Source: Salinispira sp.
Lineage (GTDB): Bacteria > Spirochaetota > Spirochaetia > DSM-27196 > Salinispiraceae
Assembly (NCBI GenBank): GCA_965226555.1
Contig: CBDDDG010000022.1
Span: forward strand, 128,001 to 192,000
Length of the DNA stretch: 64,000 bases
Direction of reading: 5' to 3'
This document shows positions 51,174-60,307 of the stretch, in pieces. A program made the position numbers and the translations under genes. Positions within the stretch are counted from its first letter, which is position 1. Each line of letters starts with the position of its first letter. The notes beneath the pieces are model-generated. The model had not been told where the DNA came from and did no database searches. It worked only from the letters and a program-made list of their open reading frames with translations.

Positions 51174-53254
51174 GCGCCATCAGATTCGGATTCGGACTCA
51201 GATTCGGAGCGATTCCCATTTCCATAATACTCGCTGGCGAATCTCTCACCAATAATTTTCCGCAGATCCCCATTCGGAATACCAGATGCATTGAGTATTT
51301 CCGTTATCGCATCTGCATTATCATAAAAATATTCCTGCAGTTGGGGAATAATTCTGTTTCTGAAAATTCTGTCCAGAGTATCCACGCTGTCCTGCCTGAA
51401 CAATGGCCAGAAATAGGCATGACCTATTTCATGGTCCATGTCCAGATGTTTCCGCATTTTGGCATTCATCTTGCGCAAAACATCGGCAATACCAATACCG
51501 TCAATTTTCAGCTCTTTGAGTTTGTCAGGGTTGGAGGGTATCCACGCAAAATCGAAGCGCCGTCTCAGAGCAGTGTCGAGCGCGACCAGCGATTTATCTG
51601 CCGTGTTCATGGTTCCGATAATGTACAAATTCGATGGGACACTGAAACGCTCGCCCGAATAGGGAAGGCGCACAGTGAGCGGATTATCGCCTCCTGCGCG
51701 CTTATCCTCCTCAATGAGGGTAATGAGCTCGCCAAAAATCCGCGATACATTCCCGCGGTTTATTTCATCGATAATGAGAACATAATTTTCCGCAGGCTCA
51801 TCGCCGCCCGCCCCCGAAGCGGATTTTCCAGCCCGTTCGCACATTTCCTTGAATATACCGGTGTGAATGGAATACCGAAGGTCGCCCCCCTCAGGCCCAT
51901 TGAGCGCAGGCCGTATGCCCTCCACAAATTCCTCGTATCCGTAACTCTGGTGAAAGGTGACCATAGCAATTTTCTGCTGATCAACAAGTTCCTTATACCG
52001 CACTTTTTGTTCTTCGTTTTCTTCGTTAGACGAATTCGCAGACCATCTCCTACCCCCGTCAATAATTCGCAGGGCTCCCAGCCTCGTCAGCCAGGTCTTT
52101 CCCGTTCCCGGCGGTCCGTAGAGAATCAGGTTCTTTGAATGATGCGTATGCGATGCTTCAGATTGATTATTCATGTCCGGTTCTTCAGAGGGAGAGTCAG
52201 TTTGATTTCCCCCTGCTTCCTCAATAAACTTCCAAAACTTGGGATATGCCTCATTAATCTGAGTATAGACCAAATCATTCTGGATTTGACAAATAGCGTT
52301 TCGGGAAAATCCTGTTATATGCCGTTGTTTATCCTTGACGAGCCAGATGACCTCCCGCTGAGTGGGCCATTCATCGGGTTGCGAAAGGAAGTTGTCATCT
52401 AAGGTAATACCAATGCCGTGCATGGTAGACATTCCAAATCGCGCTACAATTATACTCCCCCGGGGAACGTTCTTTAATCTCTCAAAGAACGTTTTTTCAA
52501 TATATCCTAACTCTATGTAGCTATTCTCGAACCATTCATCAATGTAATCGTTTCCATCGCCATCTCTTTGAGAGCTGATTTGGTACCATTGAGCATCAAA
52601 ATCTACCTTCAGGTTTTCAGCGTTCATGGCGTAGGCAAAACGGCTCAGTTCATAATACTCGGCTCCGGGAAAGGTGCTTTGTATGCCCTTCATAATTTCC
52701 CTGTAGGCCATGTACGTGCCTGTTGTTATTTTTTTTGCGAGAGATGTGTCAGTCTCCTGCCTGACGAGGTTTGCGGTGTGCTGGTCTATGGGAAGAAACT
52801 CGCGGGGGTTTATGAGAAAGAGAACTTGAGTAAGTTTCGCTACTCCAACATTCCCTATTTTCAGAACCTTACCAAACAAGTCGCCGAATTCGGAACTTTT
52901 GGGGGCACGCAGGGCCAAGTCCATGAAGGTCCACAAGTCACTCGCATCGACAGGAGAAAAATCTCCCTTATTATGAAAATACAGAAGTGCCATAGCCGAA
53001 GGGGTGGGAAAAATTCTATCCTGCGGAACATGTGCTTCTATCTTCAACACTTCTTTGAATTTTGCCAGTTTATTAAGACTATACTGAGATGCAATTTTAT
53101 ACATGACCGATAGCGGATCTACAGTCCAATAGAGGATAGAATCCCCTTTTCCAAAAAGCCGTGATGCAGTTTCCTGCAAATCAGGATCAGATGAATTATG
53201 AATCTGCTCAAGGCGCTCTGCTATTTCTCCAAAAAATGGAATCCAATCGTACAT
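51170..53254 (-). CDS. mcrB: McrB-family AAA+ GTPase
   Basis: 'GPPGTGKT', 'TFHQSYGYEEFVEG', 'IIDEINRG', 'MNTADKS', 'ALRRRF'. Confidence 0.92.
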   Translation of the reverse strand: MYDWIPFFGEIAERLEQIHNSSDPDLQETASRLFGKGDSILYWTVDPLSVMYKIASQYSLNKLAKFKEVLKIEAHVPQDRIFPTPSAMALLYFHNKGDFSPVDASDLWTFMDLALRAPKSSEFGDLFGKVLKIGNVGVAKLTQVLFLINPREFLPIDQHTANLVRQETDTSLAKKITTGTYMAYREIMKGIQSTFPGAEYYELSRFAYAMNAENLKVDFDAQWYQISSQRDGDGNDYIDEWFENSYIELGYIEKTFFERLKNVPRGSIIVARFGMSTMHGIGITLDDNFLSQPDEWPTQREVIWLVKDKQRHITGFSRNAICQIQNDLVYTQINEAYPKFWKFIEEAGGNQTDSPSEEPDMNNQSEASHTHHSKNLILYGPPGTGKTWLTRLGALRIIDGGRRWSANSSNEENEEQKVRYKELVDQQKIAMVTFHQSYGYEEFVEGIRPALNGPEGGDLRYSIHTGIFKEMCERAGKSASGAGGDEPAENYVLIIDEINRGNVSRIFGELITLIEEDKRAGGDNPLTVRLPYSGERFSVPSNLYIIGTMNTADKSLVALDTALRRRFDFAWIPSNPDKLKELKIDGIGIADVLRKMNAKMRKHLDMDHEIGHAYFWPLFRQDSVDTLDRIFRNRIIPQLQEYFYDNADAITEILNASGIPNGDLRKIIGERFASEYYGNGNRSESESESESDGA

Positions 53255-53401
53255 TTCTTACCTCCTGAAAAAGTACTGTCTGCCAACACATTATGTTCGG
53301 AATTTTGGGAAAATGTCCATATCCATTTCCATTTGATATTTCATCCGCTCTGAAGTATACTGAGCATTCTCAATGGAAGCATGAGCGAGCAGGAGGAAAA
53401 T

Positions 53402-53782
53402 ATGTTCAGGGTCTATGTAACCCGAAGAATACCTGAAGCAGGTCTGAAACTGCTGAGAACGGAGTGCGAGGTTGAAGTGAATCCTCACGATCGCCCTCTG
53501 AGTGCCCGGGAATTGTCGCAGAAAATAAAGGGGCGGGATGGTCTGCTCTTTGCCACCGCCCGTCGGGTGGTGGAGGCCGATACCTGCATACGCAGCGGTT
53601 CCTGGGAGGGCTGGGGTCCCCTGCAGTTTCTCGGGGGCGACATTACCGGCGCAACCCTTGGCGTTATCGGCAGCGGGCGCATTGGCACAGCCGTTGCATT
53701 GAAGTCGCGGGGCTTTGCCATGCATGATGCGCGGAGAGCATCCCCCCAGTGTCTGAATCCTGAGGTCTACGAAAAAAACTGA
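53402..53782 (+). pseudogene. D-2-hydroxyacid dehydrogenase (glyoxylate reductase-like) relic with two internal deletions
   Basis: 'RVYVTRRIP...DGLL' | 'FATARRVVEAD...LGVIGSGRIG..VA' | 'CLNPEV'; about 126 aa versus the usual ~320. Confidence 0.85.
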
Positions 53783-53913
53783 TTGCTCCGCCTGAATAGA
53801 CCCCATATCAGGCCCGTCCTTCCGCATGTGTTTATTTCCCAGCCTTTCTGCAAAAATTTCTTGATATTTCTGTTACTATCTTGTATCATTATAAATCTGT
53901 AAAAGGAGGCGAT

Positions 53914-54624
53914 ATGCAAGATAAAAGCACGCCGAGCGATTACCGTGATTACACAGATCGCATTATAACAAGTAAGGAACCGATTCGTTTATTCCAATCA
54001 GATTTTCTGGAATTTTTCAGCCACATTACCCCTCAGGTAGTTCTTCTGATTTGGTTGCCGATATCTGGTTTCTTTCTGATACATGGGATATACCTTAACG
54101 TGCAGGCAAACGCAGCGCTATGGCCGATTCCCCTTGTCATATTCTGCGGATGGTTTGTATGGACATTGGTTGAATATTTTGTGCACCGATTTATATTTCA
54201 TTATCATCCAAAGACTGAGCGGTTAAAACGTTTCTTCTTTACATTTCATGGAATGCATCATGCGCAGCCAATGTGCAAGACTCGTCTTGTCATGCCCCCG
54301 GTAATTAGCATTCCTCTGTCAATCCTGTTTTTTGGACTGTTTTATCTGATAACAGTTTCTCTTCTCGAACAGCCTCTTTGGTTAGAACCGGCCTTTTCGG
54401 GCTTTGCCATTGGTTATCTGGTCTATGACATGATCCACTATAGCCTGCATCACATGAAGTCAAAAAAGGGATATTTGGCAATGTGTCGGCGCCAGCACAT
54501 GCGGCACCATGTAAAATGCCCAAATATGCGTTTTGGTGTTAGTTTTCCGTTATGGGACTATGTATTCGGCACAATGCCTGTGGAAGGATTCCTCCGAAAA
54601 CATAAGAACACACGTACTGACTGA
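53914..54624 (+). CDS. Fatty acid hydroxylase / sterol desaturase family (FA2H-like)
   Basis: His boxes 'HRFIFH', 'HGMHH', 'HYSLHH', 'HMRHH'; 'RLVMPP'; 'WDYVFGT'. Confidence 0.9.
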   Translation: MQDKSTPSDYRDYTDRIITSKEPIRLFQSDFLEFFSHITPQVVLLIWLPISGFFLIHGIYLNVQANAALWPIPLVIFCGWFVWTLVEYFVHRFIFHYHPKTERLKRFFFTFHGMHHAQPMCKTRLVMPPVISIPLSILFFGLFYLITVSLLEQPLWLEPAFSGFAIGYLVYDMIHYSLHHMKSKKGYLAMCRRQHMRHHVKCPNMRFGVSFPLWDYVFGTMPVEGFLRKHKNTRTD

Positions 54625-54629
54625 ACTGG

Positions 54630-55607
54630 CTAAAGCAGGTTGCGGTGTAAATAATCCCTATACGTAATTTCGAGGGTTTTTTTGATGTCCCACTCATAGT
54701 TCAATCCGAAATCTTTGGAAAGTTTTCCACCATTGAATATCCACAGGGATGGGTAAAAATCATGTAATTTGTCTCTGGTCAGGCGTAGATCACTGGGAAA
54801 AAACCGTATCAAAACTGAAATAAACACAAGAAACGCAAAGGGTATGGGAATTTTAACTGCCCGCAGGCGCATAATTTTCTCCAATGTGCGGATCAGGGTT
54901 ACACTCGTACAGGCATCAGGATGCGCAATAAAATATACTTCTTTACGATTTCCTCCACGAAAAAGTGCCTTTTCCGTTGCGTTAATGAGGTCAAAAATAC
55001 TTACAAAACTATATGCCTTTTTTCTGAAATTCAGTCCAAACCCAATAAAGAGACGGTTATAAACCATTCTGAAGATGTCGACCATGGCAGGATCGCCCGG
55101 ACCAATAACAATTGCAGGAGTAAGAATTGTCAGTGTCCATTGAGAAGGACTGTATTTGTCCAGAATCTCTTCAGCCAATTTTTTTGAAAGTCCGTAGCAG
55201 GAAACTGGCATGCGCGGATCCGTTTCCACGAGAGGTGTTTCTGTGGATGGACCCATTGCCGCAACTGACGAAATAAACAGAAAATGAAGTTTCTCATAAC
55301 GTTTTCTGAGTTCTTGTACCAAATTTCTGGTTCCCTGCGTATTTGTCTGAAAAAACTCCTTTATCCGGTGCGCATGAACCTGTCCCGCATTATGAATAAT
55401 AGCATCAATTTTGGGCGGGAGCTCCTGCATCCATCCGGCAACTGATTCCGGTGAAAGATCTCCGACAACTGTTTTAATACAGAGTCCGGTTTTTTCAAAT
55501 TTTTTATAATTTCTCACCAATGCAATAACTTCATGATTATGTTCCTGAAGCTGGCGGCAAAGATGACTCCCGACAAAACCTGTAGCATTTGTAACAAAAA
55601 TAACCAT
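54630..55607 (-). CDS. NAD-dependent epimerase/dehydratase (extended SDR)
   Basis: 'VTNATGFVGSHL', 'ISSVAA', 'YGLSK'. Confidence 0.9.
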   Translation of the reverse strand: MVIFVTNATGFVGSHLCRQLQEHNHEVIALVRNYKKFEKTGLCIKTVVGDLSPESVAGWMQELPPKIDAIIHNAGQVHAHRIKEFFQTNTQGTRNLVQELRKRYEKLHFLFISSVAAMGPSTETPLVETDPRMPVSCYGLSKKLAEEILDKYSPSQWTLTILTPAIVIGPGDPAMVDIFRMVYNRLFIGFGLNFRKKAYSFVSIFDLINATEKALFRGGNRKEVYFIAHPDACTSVTLIRTLEKIMRLRAVKIPIPFAFLVFISVLIRFFPSDLRLTRDKLHDFYPSLWIFNGGKLSKDFGLNYEWDIKKTLEITYRDYLHRNLL

Positions 55608-55690
55608 ACCTATACAAAAGGTATCATGAAGTTAACAGCTATGTCAAACTCGCATCTGAAGAAATGGTGAATCCAGCAATAAGGAGCGCC

Positions 55691-57493
55691 CTATTCCTTC
55701 AACATCTGTACGAGTTCTCCGAAAACCGTCATCGCGTTACAGATTGGTTCGGGATGCGACATATCAACCCCTGCGGCAGCGAGGCTTTCAACGGGGAAGC
55801 GGCTCCCTCCGCTTTTGAGAAAGGTAAAATAATTATCCAGTTCATGTTTTCCGCCCTTCAGTACTCCCTGGCTCAGGGCAATGGCCGCGCTCAGTCCGGT
55901 AGCGTATTTATACACATAAAAGGCCCGGTAAAAATGGGGAATGCGCAGACCTTCCATGGATGCTTCCTCCGGTATTTCAACATCCTTGCCGAAGTAGTTT
56001 GCGAGAAGCTTTGCATATTCCTCCCGGAGAGATTGAACCGTGAGTACATCGGCGTTCTCAACAATTTCATGACATCGCAGTTCAAACTCCGCAAACATCG
56101 TCTGCCGAAAAATTGTCGCGATCATGTCATCAATCTGTTTGTTTATCAGAAAGGTTCTGATTTTTTGATCATCCTGATGGGAAAGCATGTACGAGAACAG
56201 CAGCTGCTCATTAAAGGTTGATGCCACCTCGGCTTCAAAAATTGTGTAGTTATAATGGGGGAAGGGGTTGTTCCGAGAAGAATACCATGAATGCATGGAA
56301 TGTCCGGCCTCATGAGCAAGGGTGAAGAGTTCACGGATAACATTGTCCTTGTAATTCATGAGAATGTACGGTTCTCCGGTGAAACTGCCGGCGCTGAAGG
56401 CGCCGCTTCTCTTTCCCTTGTTTTCATATTTGTCGACCCAGGCGCCTCGCAACGAAGTACGGAGACCCTTTGTGAGTGTATCAACATACTCAGAACCAAG
56501 AGGGCTGAGAGCCTCAGCGAGAACTCCAGCAGCCTCGTCATAGCTGTGTTTCATAACAACATTCTCAACAACCGGAACCCGAGTATCTATAAGATTATAA
56601 TCAGATATCTTCTGCCGTTCCCTGCGGATACGGTAGTACTCGTGCAGAAGAGGGAGATGTTCATTAACTGTTTGTATCAGATTATGATAGACCTCAGGAT
56701 TCACCTTATCCGGAAAAAGAGCGGCTTCAAGAGAATTTCGATAATTCCGGATACGCGCGCGGTATACATCCTGATTCACACTGCCTGCGTACAGGCTTGC
56801 CAGAGTATTCTGATGCCCTGTGAGTTGGGTGTAGAATTTTTTGAAGGCTTCACGGCGTATGTCCCTGTCAGGATTCTGCATGAATATAATGAATGTTCCC
56901 TGCGTCAGGGGCTGATCTCCTTCAGGGGTTTTGATCATGCCGAATTCCATGTCGACATCAGTGAGAGCGTTAAATGTTCTCTGAGGGGTTTGATTCGATT
57001 CTTTCTGCATCGCAAGAAGGCGTTCTTCCTGTGATGAGAGAATGTGGGGTTTAAAGCGCAGGAGCTTTTTCAGAAATATACGGTACTCAGAAAATTCTTT
57101 CTGTTTCATCCATGAATTGATTTTTTCCTCAGAAATACCCTGTATTTCAGGATTGACAAAACCGCTTATCGCCGACATGGCAGCGGAGGCCTGTATATAA
57201 CGTCCGTTTCTGGACTGGCTGTCACTATTTCCCTGATCCTCACTCAGCCGAAGAAAGGCATAGTATCCAATTTGCTCATCCATAAGAGCAAGTTCAAAGT
57301 AAAAATCTAGAAATTCCTTAAGTACGTCGGCAGATTCAGCCAAACGGCCTTCAAAATCGGCAAGGCGGGGGTACATATCTATAAATTTTCTGAGTTTCTC
57401 TTCCCATGCCCTGTCGTCCTTACAGAGCATGGAAAGGTCCCATGTTTCATTGGCGGAAACCTCGCTCCTGCTGCGGGTCGGATTAATAGTCAT
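55691..57493 (-). CDS. pepF: Oligoendopeptidase F (M3B)
   Basis: 'TWDLS', 'GKRSGAF', 'TLAHEAGHSMH', 'AEVASTFNE', 'FYVYKYATG'. Confidence 0.96.
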   Translation of the reverse strand: MTINPTRSRSEVSANETWDLSMLCKDDRAWEEKLRKFIDMYPRLADFEGRLAESADVLKEFLDFYFELALMDEQIGYYAFLRLSEDQGNSDSQSRNGRYIQASAAMSAISGFVNPEIQGISEEKINSWMKQKEFSEYRIFLKKLLRFKPHILSSQEERLLAMQKESNQTPQRTFNALTDVDMEFGMIKTPEGDQPLTQGTFIIFMQNPDRDIRREAFKKFYTQLTGHQNTLASLYAGSVNQDVYRARIRNYRNSLEAALFPDKVNPEVYHNLIQTVNEHLPLLHEYYRIRRERQKISDYNLIDTRVPVVENVVMKHSYDEAAGVLAEALSPLGSEYVDTLTKGLRTSLRGAWVDKYENKGKRSGAFSAGSFTGEPYILMNYKDNVIRELFTLAHEAGHSMHSWYSSRNNPFPHYNYTIFEAEVASTFNEQLLFSYMLSHQDDQKIRTFLINKQIDDMIATIFRQTMFAEFELRCHEIVENADVLTVQSLREEYAKLLANYFGKDVEIPEEASMEGLRIPHFYRAFYVYKYATGLSAAIALSQGVLKGGKHELDNYFTFLKSGGSRFPVESLAAAGVDMSHPEPICNAMTVFGELVQMLKE

Positions 57494-57542
57494 GGATATC
57501 TCCTTCCTTCACATGATAACGTTCCCGGAATGTCAGGTCAAG

Positions 57543-57692
57543 ATAGCCCGAGCCGCCTTGCCTCGGTGACTCAATTAAGAAGGCAGGGCAGCGCAGCCGC
57601 AATAGCCCGAGCCGCCTTGCCTCGGTGACTCAATTAAGAAGGTAGGGCAGAACAGCCGCAATGGCCCGAGCCGCCTTGCCTCGGTGACTCAA
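57543..57692. repeat. 59-bp tandem repeat (~2.5 copies) derived from the rdgB 3' end
   Basis: Units start at 57543, 57602 and 57661; the rightmost encodes the SHRGKAA motif. Confidence 0.9.
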
Positions 57693-58280
57693 ACGGTTTT
57701 TTTCCTCATCCGATATATCGGCAGCCGTACATGACAGGTCGGGGAGAAAGAAAATTGGATCGTAACCAAAGCCGCCTGTTCCCGAGGATGCCTCAAGAGC
57801 AATTTTACCCTCCCATGTTTCCTGAACGGTGTATATACGGTTCTCATCTGCGAGAATGGTCATACAGCAGATATACCGGGCGCTCCGCTGCGCTCCGGCG
57901 GGTATTCCTTCGAGCCGTGATAAAAGTAAACTGTTCTGTTCCGCCGAGTTGAGCGGTCCATGTTCCTGACCGAACCGAGCCGAGTAGATGCCCGGCTCTC
58001 CGTTAAGAGCATCTACAGAAATACCGGAGTCATCCGCAATGATCAGCGGTAACTTCCTCTCTGAAATGCTCACCCCATGGAATTTTTCCGTATCTTTCCG
58101 ATTATTCAGACAGGAATAAAGATACTGCGCCTTGATAAGGCTGTTTTCCAGAAAACTTACGCCGGTTTCCTCGGGATCAAAATCGGGAATAAGTGTCTGC
58201 GCGCTCATGATCTCCTGATCTTTGAATATGGCACTCAGTTCACGAATCTTGTGAGTATTATTACTTGCCAGTAGTATCAT
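57630..58280 (-). CDS. rdgB: Non-canonical purine NTP pyrophosphatase (Ham1 family)
   Basis: 'ASNNTHKIRE', 'ADDSG', 'PGIYSAR', 'GFGYDPIF', 'SHRGKA'. Confidence 0.96.
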   Translation of the reverse strand: MILLASNNTHKIRELSAIFKDQEIMSAQTLIPDFDPEETGVSFLENSLIKAQYLYSCLNNRKDTEKFHGVSISERKLPLIIADDSGISVDALNGEPGIYSARFGQEHGPLNSAEQNSLLLSRLEGIPAGAQRSARYICCMTILADENRIYTVQETWEGKIALEASSGTGGFGYDPIFFLPDLSCTAADISDEEKNRLSHRGKAARAIAAVLPYLLN

Positions 58281-59202
58281 GTGTACTATCTCCTTCTTTC
58301 ATAGAGGTGTTTCGTTTTTTTATATAAAAATAACTGCCGACGGTTCCTTTTGGGATGCCGGTCATGTGCGCGAGATTCCGATGGCTTGGATTGACGTTCA
58401 TCCGCCGGACAATCTGCAGACTCTTTGCAAGATAATTTTCAAGATTTTTCCGCGCATCTTCATCCTCGGTATTGAATCGCAGCCGTACATATTTACGCGT
58501 CCGCCGGTCCCGCCTGATATCTCTGAGTGTCAGTTTATGTTCAATGTCGGAAAATGCCTGCTGCCGCAGGGCCAGTATGTATACAGTCGGTATGCCGATG
58601 TGTTTGCTCAATTTGCTGATGAGGTCATCATGTAAGCTTTCCGGTTTGCGGAGGATATGAAGCAAAATCCGTTTATGTCTGACAGGCAGATTCTGTATGT
58701 GATCCTCAAGATATTCCTCATCAAACGGAGCATTTTCTTCCTGTTTCAGAATGAGTTTTGGTGGAGATTCCCGGCAGAAGGCAGCATCATCGGGCTGCTC
58801 CGTGGGGAAACTCACATTTTCAGATTCAGGCCATGCCCCATATTGTACGCCGATGAGACGTCTGTGTCCATCATACGAGACATGATAATTGTCCTGAAAG
58901 AGAGACGAAATTCTTCCCTGTATGTCCTGATCTAATTTCTGCTCATTTATATATGACTTAATTTGAAAATGCATCATTCTCCGCAGATAGCGCAGATAGC
59001 TTTTACCGCTAAATGTGTAGGTGCGGAGTGTTCTGATAATTTTCGGCTGCAGATAACTGAAAAAATCAGAGGCATCTTCATAATTCCAGCCCCACTGTGT
59101 AATAAGCCAGTTGATACAGTACTGTTGAATATCCTGAACAACACTCCCAAGCGACCAATATCCCCGCTGACAGCAGAGAACCTTCTGTGTGATATTCATC
59201 AT
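58261..59202 (-). CDS. Hypothetical protein with possible sigma-factor-like C-terminal HTH
   Basis: 313-aa ORF with GGAGG SD; 'SHRNLAHMTGIPKGTV' HTH-like segment. Confidence 0.55.
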   Translation of the reverse strand: MMNITQKVLCCQRGYWSLGSVVQDIQQYCINWLITQWGWNYEDASDFFSYLQPKIIRTLRTYTFSGKSYLRYLRRMMHFQIKSYINEQKLDQDIQGRISSLFQDNYHVSYDGHRRLIGVQYGAWPESENVSFPTEQPDDAAFCRESPPKLILKQEENAPFDEEYLEDHIQNLPVRHKRILLHILRKPESLHDDLISKLSKHIGIPTVYILALRQQAFSDIEHKLTLRDIRRDRRTRKYVRLRFNTEDEDARKNLENYLAKSLQIVRRMNVNPSHRNLAHMTGIPKGTVGSYFYIKKRNTSMKEGDSTHDTTGK

Positions 59203-59283
59203 ACCTCCTGTTTGTAGTACCCCTATGTATAGTACTCCGGTACATAAACTGTTTATCGGTAAAGGATGAATATAAAAAGCAGA

Positions 59284-59356
59284 AGAATTTTACAAAATTC
59301 GAAACTTTCTCAGAAAAAGTTTTGCAAAATGCAAAAGTTTCTCAGAAAAATTTCGC
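59284..59356. repeat. Dispersed palindromic element cluster overlapping the DHH gene stop codon
   Basis: AAAGTTTTGC-AAAAT-GCAAAAGTTTCT flanked by partial copies. Confidence 0.7.
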
Positions 59357-60307
59357 AATATTCTTTTGTATGCTCTCGAAAAGCTTCTGCATTGTCGTGT
59401 TCATTGTAAAACCCGCAGCGCGGACATGCCCGCCGCCGCCGTACAGCGCTGCCAGTTTTCCGGCATCGATGCTTCCCGATGTCCGGATGTTGACGGATAT
59501 CCGCTCCGGCATATCCTCCCACATCACAAGGAGTATTTCTACGGTATGTACATTCATAAGCTGCTGATACAGCTCTGAAGAATCTCTGTCGTTTCTGTCA
59601 ACATTCTTTAGTTCTTCAAATGATGACCAAGTGAAAATAAAGCGTCCGTCATAATAGGTTTCTGCTCTCTCCAGAAGTTTCCCAAGTAATTTTCTGCTTG
59701 TGAGGCTCTGCTTTACCCGGATCATATCGTAAATCTTCCTAGGTGAAACACCGGCTTCAGCCAGTTCCGCCAGCAAATAGAAGGTCTGCCGATTATCTTC
59801 TTCAAGAAAATGAAAAAAATCGGTATCTGTCGCAAAACCATAAAAAATGAGTTCGGCTTCTTCTTTCTGCAGAGTCATTCCGAGAGCTGCAATTATCTGC
59901 TGAACAAGAAGGGTTGTGGAGGGCGCAGTATGATTAATGAATTGGATAGTGCCATAGGTTCCGCCGCTGCTGTGATGATCAATAACAGCGATAGGCAGAG
60001 AATCGATGTTTTCCGCAAACTGGGCAATTCGATCCGGCATTGAGCAGTCCAGCATAATAACAGCTCTTTCATCCAGATTCTCAGGGAGATGGAGGGTAAA
60101 CTGCTCCTCAAGATGCCTCAGTTCCTTGTTGCCGAAGGGTCCCGGATTACAAAAAGCAACCTGCTTACCCATTCTCTGTAAGCACTTTCCAAGGGCGAGA
60201 CTGGAGGCAAGGCAGTCGCCATCGGGGGAAATGTGGGAAAGGAGCAGAAATTTTTTGTGCTTTCTGATGAATGTAATGAGATTTTCAGGAACAGCCTTGT
60301 TGATCAT
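59342..60307 (-). CDS. nrnA: DHH/DHHA1 phosphoesterase (NrnA-like oligoribonuclease/pAp phosphatase)
   Basis: 'HISPDGDC', 'IDHH', 'TDT', 'GGGGHVRAAG'. Confidence 0.9.
   Translation of the reverse strand: MINKAVPENLITFIRKHKKFLLLSHISPDGDCLASSLALGKCLQRMGKQVAFCNPGPFGNKELRHLEEQFTLHLPENLDERAVIMLDCSMPDRIAQFAENIDSLPIAVIDHHSSGGTYGTIQFINHTAPSTTLLVQQIIAALGMTLQKEEAELIFYGFATDTDFFHFLEEDNRQTFYLLAELAEAGVSPRKIYDMIRVKQSLTSRKLLGKLLERAETYYDGRFIFTWSSFEELKNVDRNDRDSSELYQQLMNVHTVEILLVMWEDMPERISVNIRTSGSIDAGKLAALYGGGGHVRAAGFTMNTTMQKLFESIQKNIAKFF

Noticed and set aside
57543..57692. CRISPR-like pattern (32-bp repeat x3 with 27-bp intervals)
   Set aside because: The intervals are near-identical to each other, the repeat encodes the RdgB SHRGKAA motif, and no cas genes are present. 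It is a tandem duplication.
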